Source of the DNA: Candidatus Latescibacterota bacterium
GTDB taxonomy: Bacteria; Latescibacterota; UBA2968; GCA-2709665
Direction of reading: 5' to 3'
Assembly (NCBI GenBank): GCA_965203805.1
Contig: OZ241917.1
Coordinates: forward strand, 3,040,001 to 3,104,000
DNA: 64,000 nt
Shown here in pieces: positions 40,671 through 50,459 of the stretch. A program made the translations under genes and the position numbers. The notes under the pieces were generated by a model that was not told the origin of the DNA, searched no databases, and saw only the letters and a list, made by a program, of their open reading frames with translations. Numbering within the stretch: the stretch's first letter is position 1; each line of letters begins with the position of its first letter.

Positions 40671-43592
40671 TTAATTCTCATCCTGTCTATCCATGTAAGT
40701 TCGGGTTTTGAATGAGCGAGTCTGGTTTTTCTCCAGGAGCGGTTTCAGGAACTGTCCCGTGTACGACTGCCCTGCCGCGGCCACCGTCTCGGGCGGGCCC
40801 GCGGCAATCAGATCCCCTCCGTTGTGTCCGCCCTCCGGGCCGAGGTCGATCACGTGGTCGGCGGTTTTGATCACGTCCAGATGGTGCTCGATGACCACAA
40901 CCGTGTGACCGGCGTCGACCAGACCGTTGAGCGCGTCGAGCAGCTTCTGGATGTCGGCCAGGTGCAATCCCGTGGTCGGCTCATCCAGGATGTAGAGATT
41001 GTGTCTGCCGCGTTTGATCTTGCCGAGTTCGCTGGCGAGTTTGACACGCTGCGCCTCCCCGCCGGAGAGGATGGTCGCCGGATGGCCGATCTTCAGGTAA
41101 CCCAGCCCGAGGTTTTCGAGCACGGAAAGCTTGTGAGAAATGAGTCTGTTCCCATCGAAAAACGCGACGCCTTCTTCAATGGACATGTCGAGGACGTCGG
41201 CAATGGTCCGGTCCCGGTAGGTAACCTCCAGCGTCTCGTCGTTGTATCGTGCGCCCTTGCACGTGGGACAGGGGACGGCAACATCGGGCATGAAGGCGAA
41301 GCTGGTCTTGATCTCGCCTTCGCCCGAACATTCCTCGCAGCGGCCGCCCTTGACATTGAAGCTGAACCGGGAGGCCGTGTAACCGCGTGCGACGGCTTCA
41401 CCGGTGGACGCGAAACACTTGCGGATATTGTCGTAGAAGCCAATGTACGTCGCGGGATTGGATCGGGGAGACCGGCCGATGGCGGACTGATCGATGTTGA
41501 CCACGTCCGCCACGTGTTCATGGCCCGAGAGGTCGTCATGATCGCCGGAGAAGACGCGGCTGTCGTGAAACAGGTTGTAGAGTTTCTTGTACAGGATTTC
41601 GTGAATGAGGGTACTCTTGCCCGAACCGGACGCGCCGGTGATGCAGGTAAAGATGCCCAGGGGAATCTCCACGTCGATGTTGTTGAGATTGTTCGCACGC
41701 GCACCTCTGATGCGGATCGCCCTGGCGTTTTTCTCGCGTCGCCGGGCGGGAACGGCGATCGCTCTGGCACCGTTCAGGTATTGCGCCGTGGGCGACTGCC
41801 TGCACTTGAGTACCTCGCCCACCGGGCCCGTTGCAACGACGTGCCCGCCATGCACACCGGGGCCGGGTCCCATTTCGATGATGTGATCGGCGGCGCGTAT
41901 GGTCTCCTCGTCGTGTTCGACGACGATGACCGTGTTGCCAATGTCGCGAAGACGCCGCATGGTGCTGATCATCTTCTCATTGTCTTTGGGGTGCAGACCG
42001 ATGCTGGGCTCATCCAGAACGTATAACATACCCATGAGGCCGGATCCGATCTGCGTTGAGAGGCGAATGCGCTGGGACTCGCCGCCGGAGAGCGTACCGG
42101 TCGGGCGATTGAGGTTGAGATAGTCGAGGCCGATGCCGATCAGGAGTTCGAGGCGGGCCGAGATTTCGTGGATGATCTGCGAGGCGACTTCCTTCCGTTT
42201 CGGCGGCAGGGTCAATTCCGTAAGAAAGGTCGACAGTTCCGGCAGATGCATTTCGCCCAGGCTGTGGATGTTGCGACCGTCGACGGTGACCCGGAGACGC
42301 TGCTTCTTCAACCGCTCGCCGCCGCAGTCCGGACACAGATTCTCAACCATGACCTTGCGCAGATAGTCTTCCATGCCGCCGTGGGCCGTACCCTTTTGCC
42401 TGTATCGGCGGTACTGGCGTTCGATCTGGTTGATCACACCGTCGTAACGGAACTCGCGCCCGATGTATTTGGCGCCGACCTTGGCGTCCGGAGGCTGCTC
42501 GATGACGACCCGTTCGCCCCGCGTGCCGTACAGCAGCAGGTCACGGACGTCGTCGGAAAGGTCCTTGTAGGGAGTATCCAGGTCGAAGTCGTACTTCCTG
42601 GAAAGGCTGTAGAGGATCCGGCCGCCCCAGGTGTTGACATCGTACTTGAGCGCTTCCTTGACAAATGCCCCTTCGCGCAGACTGCGGTCCTTGTCGGGGG
42701 CGACCAGGTCGGGGTGGGCCTTGAGATAGGTGCCCAGACCGGAACATGTGATGCAGGCCCCGGCGGGATCGTTGAACGTAAACATCCCATGATGCATGCG
42801 ACCGGCGACCACATGCGCGGACGAAGCCCCGAGTTTTCGGTGGAATGTCTCGGCCGCCGCCTCGCCGACGTCGGTGAGAACGCGAAAACTCAGAAACCCT
42901 TCCCCGATGACCTCGAGACCGTGCGTCAACGACGTCACAATCTGTTTGTCGAGGCCCTCGCGGACCACAAAGCGATCCACGATCACTTCGATCCGGTAGT
43001 CTTCGTCTTCATCGAGTTCGATTTCCTCGCCCAGGTCGTGGACCGTTTCGTCGATGCGCACCCGGCGGTACCCCTTGGTGCGAATGTCGTCGAACAGGTA
43101 GGCGTAATCTTCGCCATAGATCTTGAGCACCGGTGCGCGAACCTCGACTTCCGCGCCGCCGGGCAGGGCCAGAAGGTGTTCCATCATCTGATGAGGCGTC
43201 CAGACGCTGACTTCCTCCCCCGTGACGGGGCAGCGCGGCTGTCCGATACTTGCGAACAGCATTCGCAGATAGTCATTGAGGTCCGTCATCGTCCCAACAG
43301 TCGAGCGGGGATTCTTCATCACGGTCTTCTGTTCGATGGAGACGACCGGGGACAGGCCGTTCACGAAGTCCACATCGGGCTTCTTCAACTGAGAGACGAA
43401 CCGCCTGGCAAAGGTGGAAAGCGATTCCATGAATCGCCGCTGACCTTCGGCATATACCGTGTCGAACGCGAGGGAGGACTTTCCGGAACCGCTCACGCCG
43501 GTGACAACGACCAGCTTGTCGCGCGGGATTTCGAGGTGGATGTTCCGCAGGTTGTTCTCGCGGGCGCCTTTGACTTCAATCGTCGATCTCAT
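40671..43592 (-). CDS. uvrA: Excinuclease ABC subunit A
   Basis: [16 protein letters not shown], two LSGGE signatures, LDEPSIGLH and LDEPTTGLH, Zn fingers. Confidence 0.95.
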   Translation of the reverse strand: MRSTIEVKGARENNLRNIHLEIPRDKLVVVTGVSGSGKSSLAFDTVYAEGQRRFMESLSTFARRFVSQLKKPDVDFVNGLSPVVSIEQKTVMKNPRSTVGTMTDLNDYLRMLFASIGQPRCPVTGEEVSVWTPHQMMEHLLALPGGAEVEVRAPVLKIYGEDYAYLFDDIRTKGYRRVRIDETVHDLGEEIELDEDEDYRIEVIVDRFVVREGLDKQIVTSLTHGLEVIGEGFLSFRVLTDVGEAAAETFHRKLGASSAHVVAGRMHHGMFTFNDPAGACITCSGLGTYLKAHPDLVAPDKDRSLREGAFVKEALKYDVNTWGGRILYSLSRKYDFDLDTPYKDLSDDVRDLLLYGTRGERVVIEQPPDAKVGAKYIGREFRYDGVINQIERQYRRYRQKGTAHGGMEDYLRKVMVENLCPDCGGERLKKQRLRVTVDGRNIHSLGEMHLPELSTFLTELTLPPKRKEVASQIIHEISARLELLIGIGLDYLNLNRPTGTLSGGESQRIRLSTQIGSGLMGMLYVLDEPSIGLHPKDNEKMISTMRRLRDIGNTVIVVEHDEETIRAADHIIEMGPGPGVHGGHVVATGPVGEVLKCRQSPTAQYLNGARAIAVPARRREKNARAIRIRGARANNLNNIDVEIPLGIFTCITGASGSGKSTLIHEILYKKLYNLFHDSRVFSGDHDDLSGHEHVADVVNIDQSAIGRSPRSNPATYIGFYDNIRKCFASTGEAVARGYTASRFSFNVKGGRCEECSGEGEIKTSFAFMPDVAVPCPTCKGARYNDETLEVTYRDRTIADVLDMSIEEGVAFFDGNRLISHKLSVLENLGLGYLKIGHPATILSGGEAQRVKLASELGKIKRGRHNLYILDEPTTGLHLADIQKLLDALNGLVDAGHTVVVIEHHLDVIKTADHVIDLGPEGGHNGGDLIAAGPPETVAAAGQSYTGQFLKPLLEKNQTRSFKTRTYMDRQDEN

Positions 43593-43602
43593 CGACAATC
43601 CC

Positions 43603-43682
43603 ATCGGGAAAACGGGGGAACGAAACTGCGAGGGAACGAGGGAACGAGAAAACGAGAGAACGAGGGAACGAGGGAACGAGAA
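43603..43682 (+). repeat. Degenerate 8-bp tandem array, consensus AACGAGRR (~10 units)
   Basis: atcgggaa|aacggggg|aacgaaac|tgcgaggg|aacgaggg|aacgagaa|aacgagag|aacgaggg|aacgaggg|aacgagaa. Confidence 0.85.
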
Positions 43683-43703
43683 TACGCATCTTCGCCTTCG
43701 CGC

Positions 43704-44144
43704 CTATTTGTTCTTTTCGCTATCCTTCCTTGACCGAAGCTGTGTAAGAAGAAGAGCTATTATTTCATCCAAGATGGCACTTCTGTCTATCAGATGGTCG
43801 CAGGATAGTAGATGCCGACCGCGAATGTACCATCCTTTCGTTTCGCGCGCGGAACCTACAGCAAATCTCAGAAACTGGGATCTTTCCTTTCCGCGGAAGC
43901 CGCGGCCGTAGCCCTCCTCAATATTGGCGCTGATTGAGCCTGCGCTTCTGATCAACTGGCGAGCAACCGCTTTCCCGCGAAAATCCACTTGAAGTCGATC
44001 ACAATCGTTCCACGCCAAGTCGTAAAGGAAGAGTGCCTTTCGATAGCCGGCGAACGCCCATACCGGCTCTCGTTTTGTGGTACTTGGAATGCTTCGTTCC
44101 CATTCATCATATCCTTTTTTCTCCACTGGCCAGGCCCCCTGCAT
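43704..44144 (-). CDS. Four helix bundle protein (23S rRNA IVS-protein-like family)
   Basis: [19 protein letters not shown]...[12 protein letters not shown] signature. Confidence 0.9.
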   Translation of the reverse strand: MQGAWPVEKKGYDEWERSIPSTTKREPVWAFAGYRKALFLYDLAWNDCDRLQVDFRGKAVARQLIRSAGSISANIEEGYGRGFRGKERSQFLRFAVGSARETKGWYIRGRHLLSCDHLIDRSAILDEIIALLLTQLRSRKDSEKNK

Positions 44145-44153
44145 GTCCGCCCT

Positions 44154-44198
44154 TCGTCTTCTCGTCTTCTCGTCTTCTCGTCTTCTCGTCTTCTCGTC
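44154..44198 (+). repeat. Perfect 8-bp tandem array (TCGTCTTC)x5.6
   Basis: Five exact copies plus TCGTC, abutting the TAG stop of the 44199-45167 gene. Confidence 0.95.
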
Positions 44199-45167
44199 CT
44201 ACAGAAGTTCGACGCTGTCTCCGTCGTAATAGTAAGCGGGCTCTTCGACTTCAATCCGGCTCTTCTCGGTCAGGTGGATGGGACTCGACAGTTTCTGAAT
44301 GATCTCCTGTGTGACGAGCCATTCACAGGCCGCTTCGAGGCCTCCGCCCTGGATTTTCTTTTCGAAATAATCGCTGATTTCCGAGAGTTTGCGCACCTCA
44401 GACGACTCCGAGAGATAGTCCAGAAGCGGGCGAAAGAGGTCCGGAGCCCATTGTTCGAGACTGCGGTTCACCAGATTGAGTACACGCTTGACGGTTTCCT
44501 GAGTCTTGGGCTGGTTCACGAAATCCGTGTAGATGGCGTTGAATAACCGGGGGTTGTATTTGAGCGCCTGATGGACAACTTCCCGCCCGGGCGCTTCGTT
44601 GTGCAGGAGAACCTGGATCGAGGCAAGTTCGCGTACGACCTGCATGAGCCACCAGAAGCTGTATTCGAAGTCCTTTTTAAGGTAGAAGTATTTTTCCGCC
44701 TTGTAGAGCGACGGTATCAGAAAGGCTGAGTATCTCAATAGCTGAAATGCCCGGTCCCGCGTTCCGATGCGATCGATGGTATCGTACCATTTCGCCACGG
44801 AATCGTCCTTCGTAAACACAAGGGTGCTCTTCGAAAACGTAAAGTCCAGCCAACCGCCGCCGAGACCGCCTTCGATCCGGCGTTTGAAGACGCTGCGGGG
44901 AATGCGCTGCGCCTGGATGTTGACGTCTTCTTCACAGAGCGTGACGTGACCTTCTTTCACCCCATCCTGCATGATGATCCACAGATCGATGTCCGAATTC
45001 ACCCAGACTTCATCGTAAGACAGACTGCCAAACAGAATGGCAGCGAGTACCGTCCGGTCGCTTTCGAGTTTTCCGACCAGAGATGACAGCGCATCCCGGT
45101 AGCGCCTCTGGATTTCATCCGCCGTGGCAGGAGACATTGATAACTCCATCATCGCTATGTTAACCAT
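44199..45167 (-). CDS. Pol-beta-type nucleotidyltransferase domain protein
   Basis: LFGS...SDID motif followed by helical domain. Confidence 0.78.
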   Translation of the reverse strand: MVNIAMMELSMSPATADEIQRRYRDALSSLVGKLESDRTVLAAILFGSLSYDEVWVNSDIDLWIIMQDGVKEGHVTLCEEDVNIQAQRIPRSVFKRRIEGGLGGGWLDFTFSKSTLVFTKDDSVAKWYDTIDRIGTRDRAFQLLRYSAFLIPSLYKAEKYFYLKKDFEYSFWWLMQVVRELASIQVLLHNEAPGREVVHQALKYNPRLFNAIYTDFVNQPKTQETVKRVLNLVNRSLEQWAPDLFRPLLDYLSESSEVRKLSEISDYFEKKIQGGGLEAACEWLVTQEIIQKLSSPIHLTEKSRIEVEEPAYYYDGDSVELL

Positions 45168-45231
45168 AATTCGACAAAAACAGCAGCGCGGCGCCGCGAC
45201 AAAACCTTCCGAATCGGGCCGAACAGGTCGT

Positions 45232-45350
45232 CTGAAAGGACGAATTTTCCGTTCACGTCCAGTGCCTGAAGGTTCGTGGAAATCCGACGTTTAATCGCCT
45301 CTGTCAACTTGCGTATATTTGATTTAACGTCACCGAAAAAGAACGAATTA
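45232..45350 (-). repeat. ~118-bp dispersed structured element, copy A
   Basis: About 86% identical by manual alignment to 59952-60071 in inverted orientation. Confidence 0.85.
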
Positions 45351-45642
45351 TTGTTAATGAACGCGATGAAGCACATGATATAAACAGGTTCAAATCAGGT
45401 GTCAAGGTCAATTCAATGAAAACGCACGCATCCGTCCCGGGAAGGAAAAACCGCTTGAAGACAAGGTGGCGGACAATCAACCGGAATATCATATTTCTGT
45501 AACTCAGGGCTTACAGACCGGGGCATTCCGACACGCCGTTGTAACCTTAATGAGATATCTTATCCTCTAAGAAACGTGGTACGGTTTCCAGTGTTCTGCA
45601 AACGCACCAGGCCGCTTTCCACCATATCCGACGGAGGAACCA

Positions 45643-48600
45643 ATGGTCTATCAAACCCAGTCGTGGGGTCCGACTGTCGTCCTGTTGATCTGTCTGCTTA
45701 CGGCATCCGGCGCAGCATACGCCCGGAGCGACCTTCAGTTCAAGTTGCTGGGCGTCCATCATACGGGAGTCTACGATGAAGGCGCTGCGGAGATTTCCGC
45801 GTACGACCCGACGACCCATCGCCTGTTCGTTGTCAATGCCGACGCGGCGACAATCGACATCGTCGATATCAGTAAGCCGTCAGACCCGAGACTTTTCAAA
45901 TCAATCGGCGTCTCCGGTTACGGCGCCGGCGTGAACAGCGTCGCGGTCGGGAACGGAATCGTGGCGGTTGCGGTGGAAGCCGAACGCGTTCAGGACCCCG
46001 GCCGGGTCGTTTTCTTCGACGCCGACGGCACCGTTCTCAATAGTGTGCAGGTGGGTGTCCTGCCGGACATGCTCACCTTTTCTCCGGACGGTACGCGGGT
46101 TCTGGTGGCCAACGAAGGCCAGCCCGGGCCGGACTATGCGATCGATCCGGAAGGAAGCGTGAGTATCATTGATCTGTCCGGCGGACCGGGGGCCGCCTCG
46201 GTCACCCACGTTACATTTGCCTCCTTCAACGGACAGGAGTCCCGGCTTCGCAGTCAGGGTGTGCGTATTTTCGGCCCGGGCGCAAACGCCGCCCAGGACC
46301 TGGAACCGGAATACATCGCCGTCGCTCCCGACGGTTCCACCGCGTATGTTGCTTTGCAGGAGAACAACGCCCTGGCTGTCGTGGACGTCGCCGCGGCGTC
46401 CGTATCCGCGATCATACCGCTTGGCTTCAAGGACCACGGCACGCCCGACAACGCGCTCGATGCCAGCAATAGAGATGACGGCATCCGGATTCGAGAGTGG
46501 CCGGTTTTCGGCATGTACCAGCCGGACGCGATCGCCTCGTTTGAATCCGAAGGGCAGACATTTGTCATTTCGGCGAACGAGGGGGACTCGCGGGACTACA
46601 ACGGCTTCAGCGAGGAGGCCCGCGTTGCCGACCTCACGCTGGATGCCGCGGCGTTTCCCAACGCCGCAAGTTTGCAGGATGACGCGCACCTGGGCAGGCT
46701 GAAGACCACCACGAGCCTGGGTGACACCGACGGAGACGGCGACCACGATCGGCTGTACGCCTACGGCGGCCGTTCATTTTCCATCTGGGATCGCAGAGGA
46801 AATCTCGTATTCGACAGTGGAGACGACTTCGAACGCCGTCTGGCGGATCTGGTTCCCGAAGACTTCAACGCCGACAACGATGAGAACGGGTCGTTCGACA
46901 GCCGCAGCGACGACAAGGGCCCCGAACCTGAAGCCGTGGTAACGGGAACCATCGACAACCGCGTCTACGCCTTCATTGGCCTGGAGCGGGTCGGCGGCGT
47001 CATGGTATACGATATCTCCCTGCCTTCCGCGCCCTCGTTCGTCACTTACGTCAACAACAGGGATTTCTCGGTCCGTTTCGGCCCGGATGACGTCTCCCGC
47101 GGCGACCTTGTCCGCACCGGGGATCTGGGCCCCGAAGGTCTCATCTTCATACCCGCCGCGGACAGCCCGACAGGGGAGCACCTGCTGGTCGTCTCCAACG
47201 AGGTGAGCGGATCGGTATCCATCTTTCGAATTGTGACGCCCGCGACGCCGGCCGGCGAGTTTACACTCACCATCCTGCACAACAATGACGGCGAATCCCA
47301 ATTGATTAACGCCGGAGAAGGACTGGAGGACTTTGGCGGCGTGGACCGATTCAAGGCGCTGGTGGATCGGCTTAAGTCCGAGGCGCGGATGGACGGCGGC
47401 GTGATCATGGTCTCGTCGGGGGATAACTTTCTCGCCGGCCCGGAGTTCAACGTCAGCCTCCGGCGCCCCGAATCCGCTCCCTTCTACGACGCCCTGGCGA
47501 TGGATCTGATCGGGTACGATGCCGTATGCATCGGCAACCACGACTTCGACTTCGGACCGGACCTCCTGGCCAGATTCATTTCCGGTTACAGCCTCACCCG
47601 CCCGCCATATCTCAGCGCCAACCTCGACTTCGGTGACGAACCTAAACTGGCCGATCTCGTCGCTTCCGGCCGGATTTCCGGAAGCAGGATCGTCAGAGTC
47701 GACGGCGAACATATCGGCATCGTGGGCGCCACCACACCCGACCTGGCGTTCATCTCCAGTCCACGCAACGTGAGGGTGGACGGCCGGCTTCGGGAAGCCA
47801 TCCAGGCCGAAGTGAACGGGCTGGCGCTACGCGGCGTGAACACCGTCGTTCTGATCAGCCACCTCCAGTCCATCAACAACGATCTGGAACTCGCCCGGCA
47901 ATTGCGAGGCGTGGACGTGGTAATCGCGGGTGGCGGCGACGACATCCTGGCGAATCCCGGCACGCGCCTTATTCCCGGCGACGAAGGCGGGATTTCCGGA
48001 CCGTACCCGATTCTCGAAAAGGACGCTGATGGAAACGACGTCCGCGTTGTCACCACTGCGGGGAATTATCGTTACGTGGGACGGTTCGTTGCCCGATTCA
48101 ATGATGCCGGCGTGATTACGTCAGTCGACCGGAACGCCAGCGGCCCTGTGCGGGTGGCCGGCGGCGATCAGCCGGATGCAGTAGCGCCCGACGCGGAGGT
48201 CCGGTACCGGGTCGTCGCCCCGGTCATCGATGCCCTTGCTTCCCTCGTTTCCAATCCGGTGGGAACGTCGAGCGTCGTGCTCGACGGCGTGAAGCGTAGT
48301 ATTCGGACCCGGGAGACCAACGAAGGCAACCTGGTGGCCGACGCCCTCCGATGGCAAAGCGCACAGCTTGCCTCGTCTTTCGGCGTTCCCGTTCCACAGG
48401 TCGGCATCGTGAACGGAGGGGGAATACGCAACGCCGGCGAGATTCCCGCCGGTGTAATATCCGAACTCACGACCTTCGATATGCTGCCATTTCCCAACTT
48501 CGTCACCATTGTGCCCGCCGTTCCCGCGGCACAATTCAGGGAAATCATGGAGAACGCGGTCTCGAAGGTGGAAGACGCCTCCGGGCGATTCGCCCACATT

Positions 48601-49578
48601 TCGGGCTTCACGATGGTCTGGAATCCCGATGGCGTCGCCCAGGAACTGGATGAGAGCGGAAACGTCACGCGGCGCGGCGGCCGGATCGTGGACATTACCC
48701 TCGACACGGGCGCCGGCATCGTCGAAAACGGAAACGTCGTATCCGGAGCGCCCGACGTTCACGTGGCAACCGTCGACTTTCTCGCCAAGGGCGGCGACCA
48801 GTACCCCTTTCGGGGCGCCCGCTTCACGGGTCTGGGCGTGACCTACCAGCAGGCGCTTGTCAACTTCATCGGGGAAGCCCTCGACGGCCGCATCACGGCG
48901 GCGGCTTATCCGGCAGGGGGACAGGGCCGGATTACCACCGGGCAACCCGCGCCGGCGGACCGCCCGAACGTCCACAGTCGTTCTGTCGTACACGTCTTCC
49001 TTACGGGAGACGGCGGGCCGGTACCGGACGCCCGGGTCGAGTTTTCCCGTTCCATCTCCGGCCGCGCGAGGAACTACCGGTGGATGGGAACGACCGATGC
49101 CGAAGGCCGCACCACAATAGAAATCCAACCTGAAAGCCGTCGGAGTGTCTCGGGCTACTACGCGGTCCGGGCGGTGGATATCAAGGGCAGTACGTTCTCC
49201 AAATGGGAGAGCGTACCCATCAATAGCGGGCGGGAGATCACACTGCTCCTGCCGGTGGGTGGCGTCGCGCGCGTGGAGGAGGAACGACCGCTGGCCGCGA
49301 AGGCCCTGGCGCTTTACCCGAACGCCCCCAACCCATTCAACCCTTCCACCCGGATTGCTTACCGGATCCCGGAGCCCGGGCAGGTCGACCTTACGATTTA
49401 CAACCTGCTGGGCCAGCAGGTCCGGGTTCTGGTAAGGGATCACCGGAGCACGGGCCGGTACGAGGTCCCGTGGGACGGAAGGGACGGGTTCGGGCGTTAC
49501 GTTTCGAGCGGCGTCTATATCTATCGCCTGGCGCATCCGGGCGGCACACTCACCAATCGCATGCTCCTGATCAAGTAG
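45643..49578 (+). CDS. Large secreted phosphatase: choice-of-anchor-I beta-propeller + 5'-nucleotidase + FlgD-Ig/secretion-type C-terminal domain
   Basis: Signal peptide; ANEG, DLEPEYI, SRSDDKGPEPE; SSGDNF, IGNHDFD, NGGGIR; NAPNPFNPST...SSGVYIYRL tail. Confidence 0.85.
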   Translation: MVYQTQSWGPTVVLLICLLTASGAAYARSDLQFKLLGVHHTGVYDEGAAEISAYDPTTHRLFVVNADAATIDIVDISKPSDPRLFKSIGVSGYGAGVNSVAVGNGIVAVAVEAERVQDPGRVVFFDADGTVLNSVQVGVLPDMLTFSPDGTRVLVANEGQPGPDYAIDPEGSVSIIDLSGGPGAASVTHVTFASFNGQESRLRSQGVRIFGPGANAAQDLEPEYIAVAPDGSTAYVALQENNALAVVDVAAASVSAIIPLGFKDHGTPDNALDASNRDDGIRIREWPVFGMYQPDAIASFESEGQTFVISANEGDSRDYNGFSEEARVADLTLDAAAFPNAASLQDDAHLGRLKTTTSLGDTDGDGDHDRLYAYGGRSFSIWDRRGNLVFDSGDDFERRLADLVPEDFNADNDENGSFDSRSDDKGPEPEAVVTGTIDNRVYAFIGLERVGGVMVYDISLPSAPSFVTYVNNRDFSVRFGPDDVSRGDLVRTGDLGPEGLIFIPAADSPTGEHLLVVSNEVSGSVSIFRIVTPATPAGEFTLTILHNNDGESQLINAGEGLEDFGGVDRFKALVDRLKSEARMDGGVIMVSSGDNFLAGPEFNVSLRRPESAPFYDALAMDLIGYDAVCIGNHDFDFGPDLLARFISGYSLTRPPYLSANLDFGDEPKLADLVASGRISGSRIVRVDGEHIGIVGATTPDLAFISSPRNVRVDGRLREAIQAEVNGLALRGVNTVVLISHLQSINNDLELARQLRGVDVVIAGGGDDILANPGTRLIPGDEGGISGPYPILEKDADGNDVRVVTTAGNYRYVGRFVARFNDAGVITSVDRNASGPVRVAGGDQPDAVAPDAEVRYRVVAPVIDALASLVSNPVGTSSVVLDGVKRSIRTRETNEGNLVADALRWQSAQLASSFGVPVPQVGIVNGGGIRNAGEIPAGVISELTTFDMLPFPNFVTIVPAVPAAQFREIMENAVSKVEDASGRFAHISGFTMVWNPDGVAQELDESGNVTRRGGRIVDITLDTGAGIVENGNVVSGAPDVHVATVDFLAKGGDQYPFRGARFTGLGVTYQQALVNFIGEALDGRITAAAYPAGGQGRITTGQPAPADRPNVHSRSVVHVFLTGDGGPVPDARVEFSRSISGRARNYRWMGTTDAEGRTTIEIQPESRRSVSGYYAVRAVDIKGSTFSKWESVPINSGREITLLLPVGGVARVEEERPLAAKALALYPNAPNPFNPSTRIAYRIPEPGQVDLTIYNLLGQQVRVLVRDHRSTGRYEVPWDGRDGFGRYVSSGVYIYRLAHPGGTLTNRMLLIK

Positions 49579-49609
49579 CGATCGGCACAGACCTGGCGCA
49601 CAGTCAAAA

Positions 49610-49641
49610 AACCGGGCGATCGACATACCGATCGCCCGGTT
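49610..49641. terminator. 13-bp stem-loop, likely terminator
   Basis: AACCGGGCGATCG-acatac-CGATCGCCCGGTT after the stop codon, with an A-tract on the 5' side. Confidence 0.65.
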
Positions 49642-49762
49642 CAATCTGCATAGACCACGCGGACCGGTTTGCCACGGGCATCTCCCGGGCTGGATGTGAA
49701 CGCCGGGCGGCCCTCATGCGCACCAGGTCGGCCCGTCGGCTTCTTTTCGGACTTCTGCCCAC

Positions 49763-49791
49763 TTGACGCCGCCAGCCATTTCCGGTATATT
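49763..49791 (+). promoter_or_regulatory. Sigma70 promoter of the RAPP leader / lipoprotein / TBDR operon
   Basis: TTGACG-N17-TATATT. Confidence 0.65.
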
Positions 49792-49836
49792 TTCGTTCTA
49801 TCCAAGTTCGTTTTGCGCTCAACTGGAGACCGCAGG

Positions 49837-50130
49837 ATGTTTTTTTCCTCCGGACGGATTCATCCGGTTGTTCTTTTAGTGGTGGCGATATTCGCGGCCT
49901 ACCTCGCGGTATTCCTGCTTGCCGCCTTTCCCGAACACGATCACGATGAACAATGTCACGATCAACACCAGTGTACTGTCTGCGCATGGTTCAATAGCCT
50001 CACCGTCGTTTTGCCGGGAATACTGGCGGTGCAACTTTGCTTCCTTTATTTCCGCCAGTTGTTTCCCTCGTGTCGCGCACCGCGCATCTCCTTCCTTCTT
50101 CCCGTTGGACGCGCACCTCCAGCGTCCTGA
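49837..50130 (+). CDS. DUF2946/CruR-like small membrane protein with HxH...CxxC and C-terminal RAPP arrest motif
   Basis: 97 aa: hydrophobic N-terminus, EHDHDEQCHDQHQCTVC, ends GRAPPAS; GGAG SD upstream. Confidence 0.8.
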   Translation: MFFSSGRIHPVVLLVVAIFAAYLAVFLLAAFPEHDHDEQCHDQHQCTVCAWFNSLTVVLPGILAVQLCFLYFRQLFPSCRAPRISFLLPVGRAPPAS

Positions 50131-50459
50131 TCCATCCTCACGTGTCGTAAGAGACACGTCCTTCGACGTTACAGGATACATTCCATACTGGTAACTCCGG
50201 CCTGGGACTTTGTGCGAATCCGTACGAGCAGGAAAGCGGGACTTTCCCGCGCCACGGCGGGCCTCAGTCTGCCGGGATCGGCATCGTGCCATCCCCCGCT
50301 CTCACCGCAGGGCGTCTGCTGCAGCAACGGCAGGGCTGCCGCCTGAGGCATCGGCATGGCAACAGTATGTCCTCAGATCGGGGTCAGGTCATGCACGCAG
50401 GCGGCTGCCCATGCGAGGTACGGGGTGCGATAAAACAGCTATTATACAGGAGAAAATCG

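Noticed and set aside
43603-44198. CRISPR array or diversity-generating retroelement
   Set aside because: Repeats are 8-mers without spacers; no cas genes, reverse transcriptase or TR/VR pair seen in the window.
45308-45335. Resemblance of TTGCGTATAT..ATTTAACGT to a dif (XerC/D) site or an integron attC
   Set aside because: The XerD-like arm has the wrong orientation and spacing, and the GTTRRRY/RYYYAAC order is reversed relative to attC; no integrase nearby.
45155-45376. 73-aa minus-strand ORF sharing VKSNIRKL with the yidD tail
   Set aside because: The similarity comes from the DNA repeat; copy B has a stop and a 1-bp indel in that frame, so it is not a conserved protein.
45360-45640. Pho box upstream of the secreted phosphatase
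   Set aside because: AT-rich with scattered TGTCA/TGTAA half-sites but no clear 11-bp periodic direct repeat.
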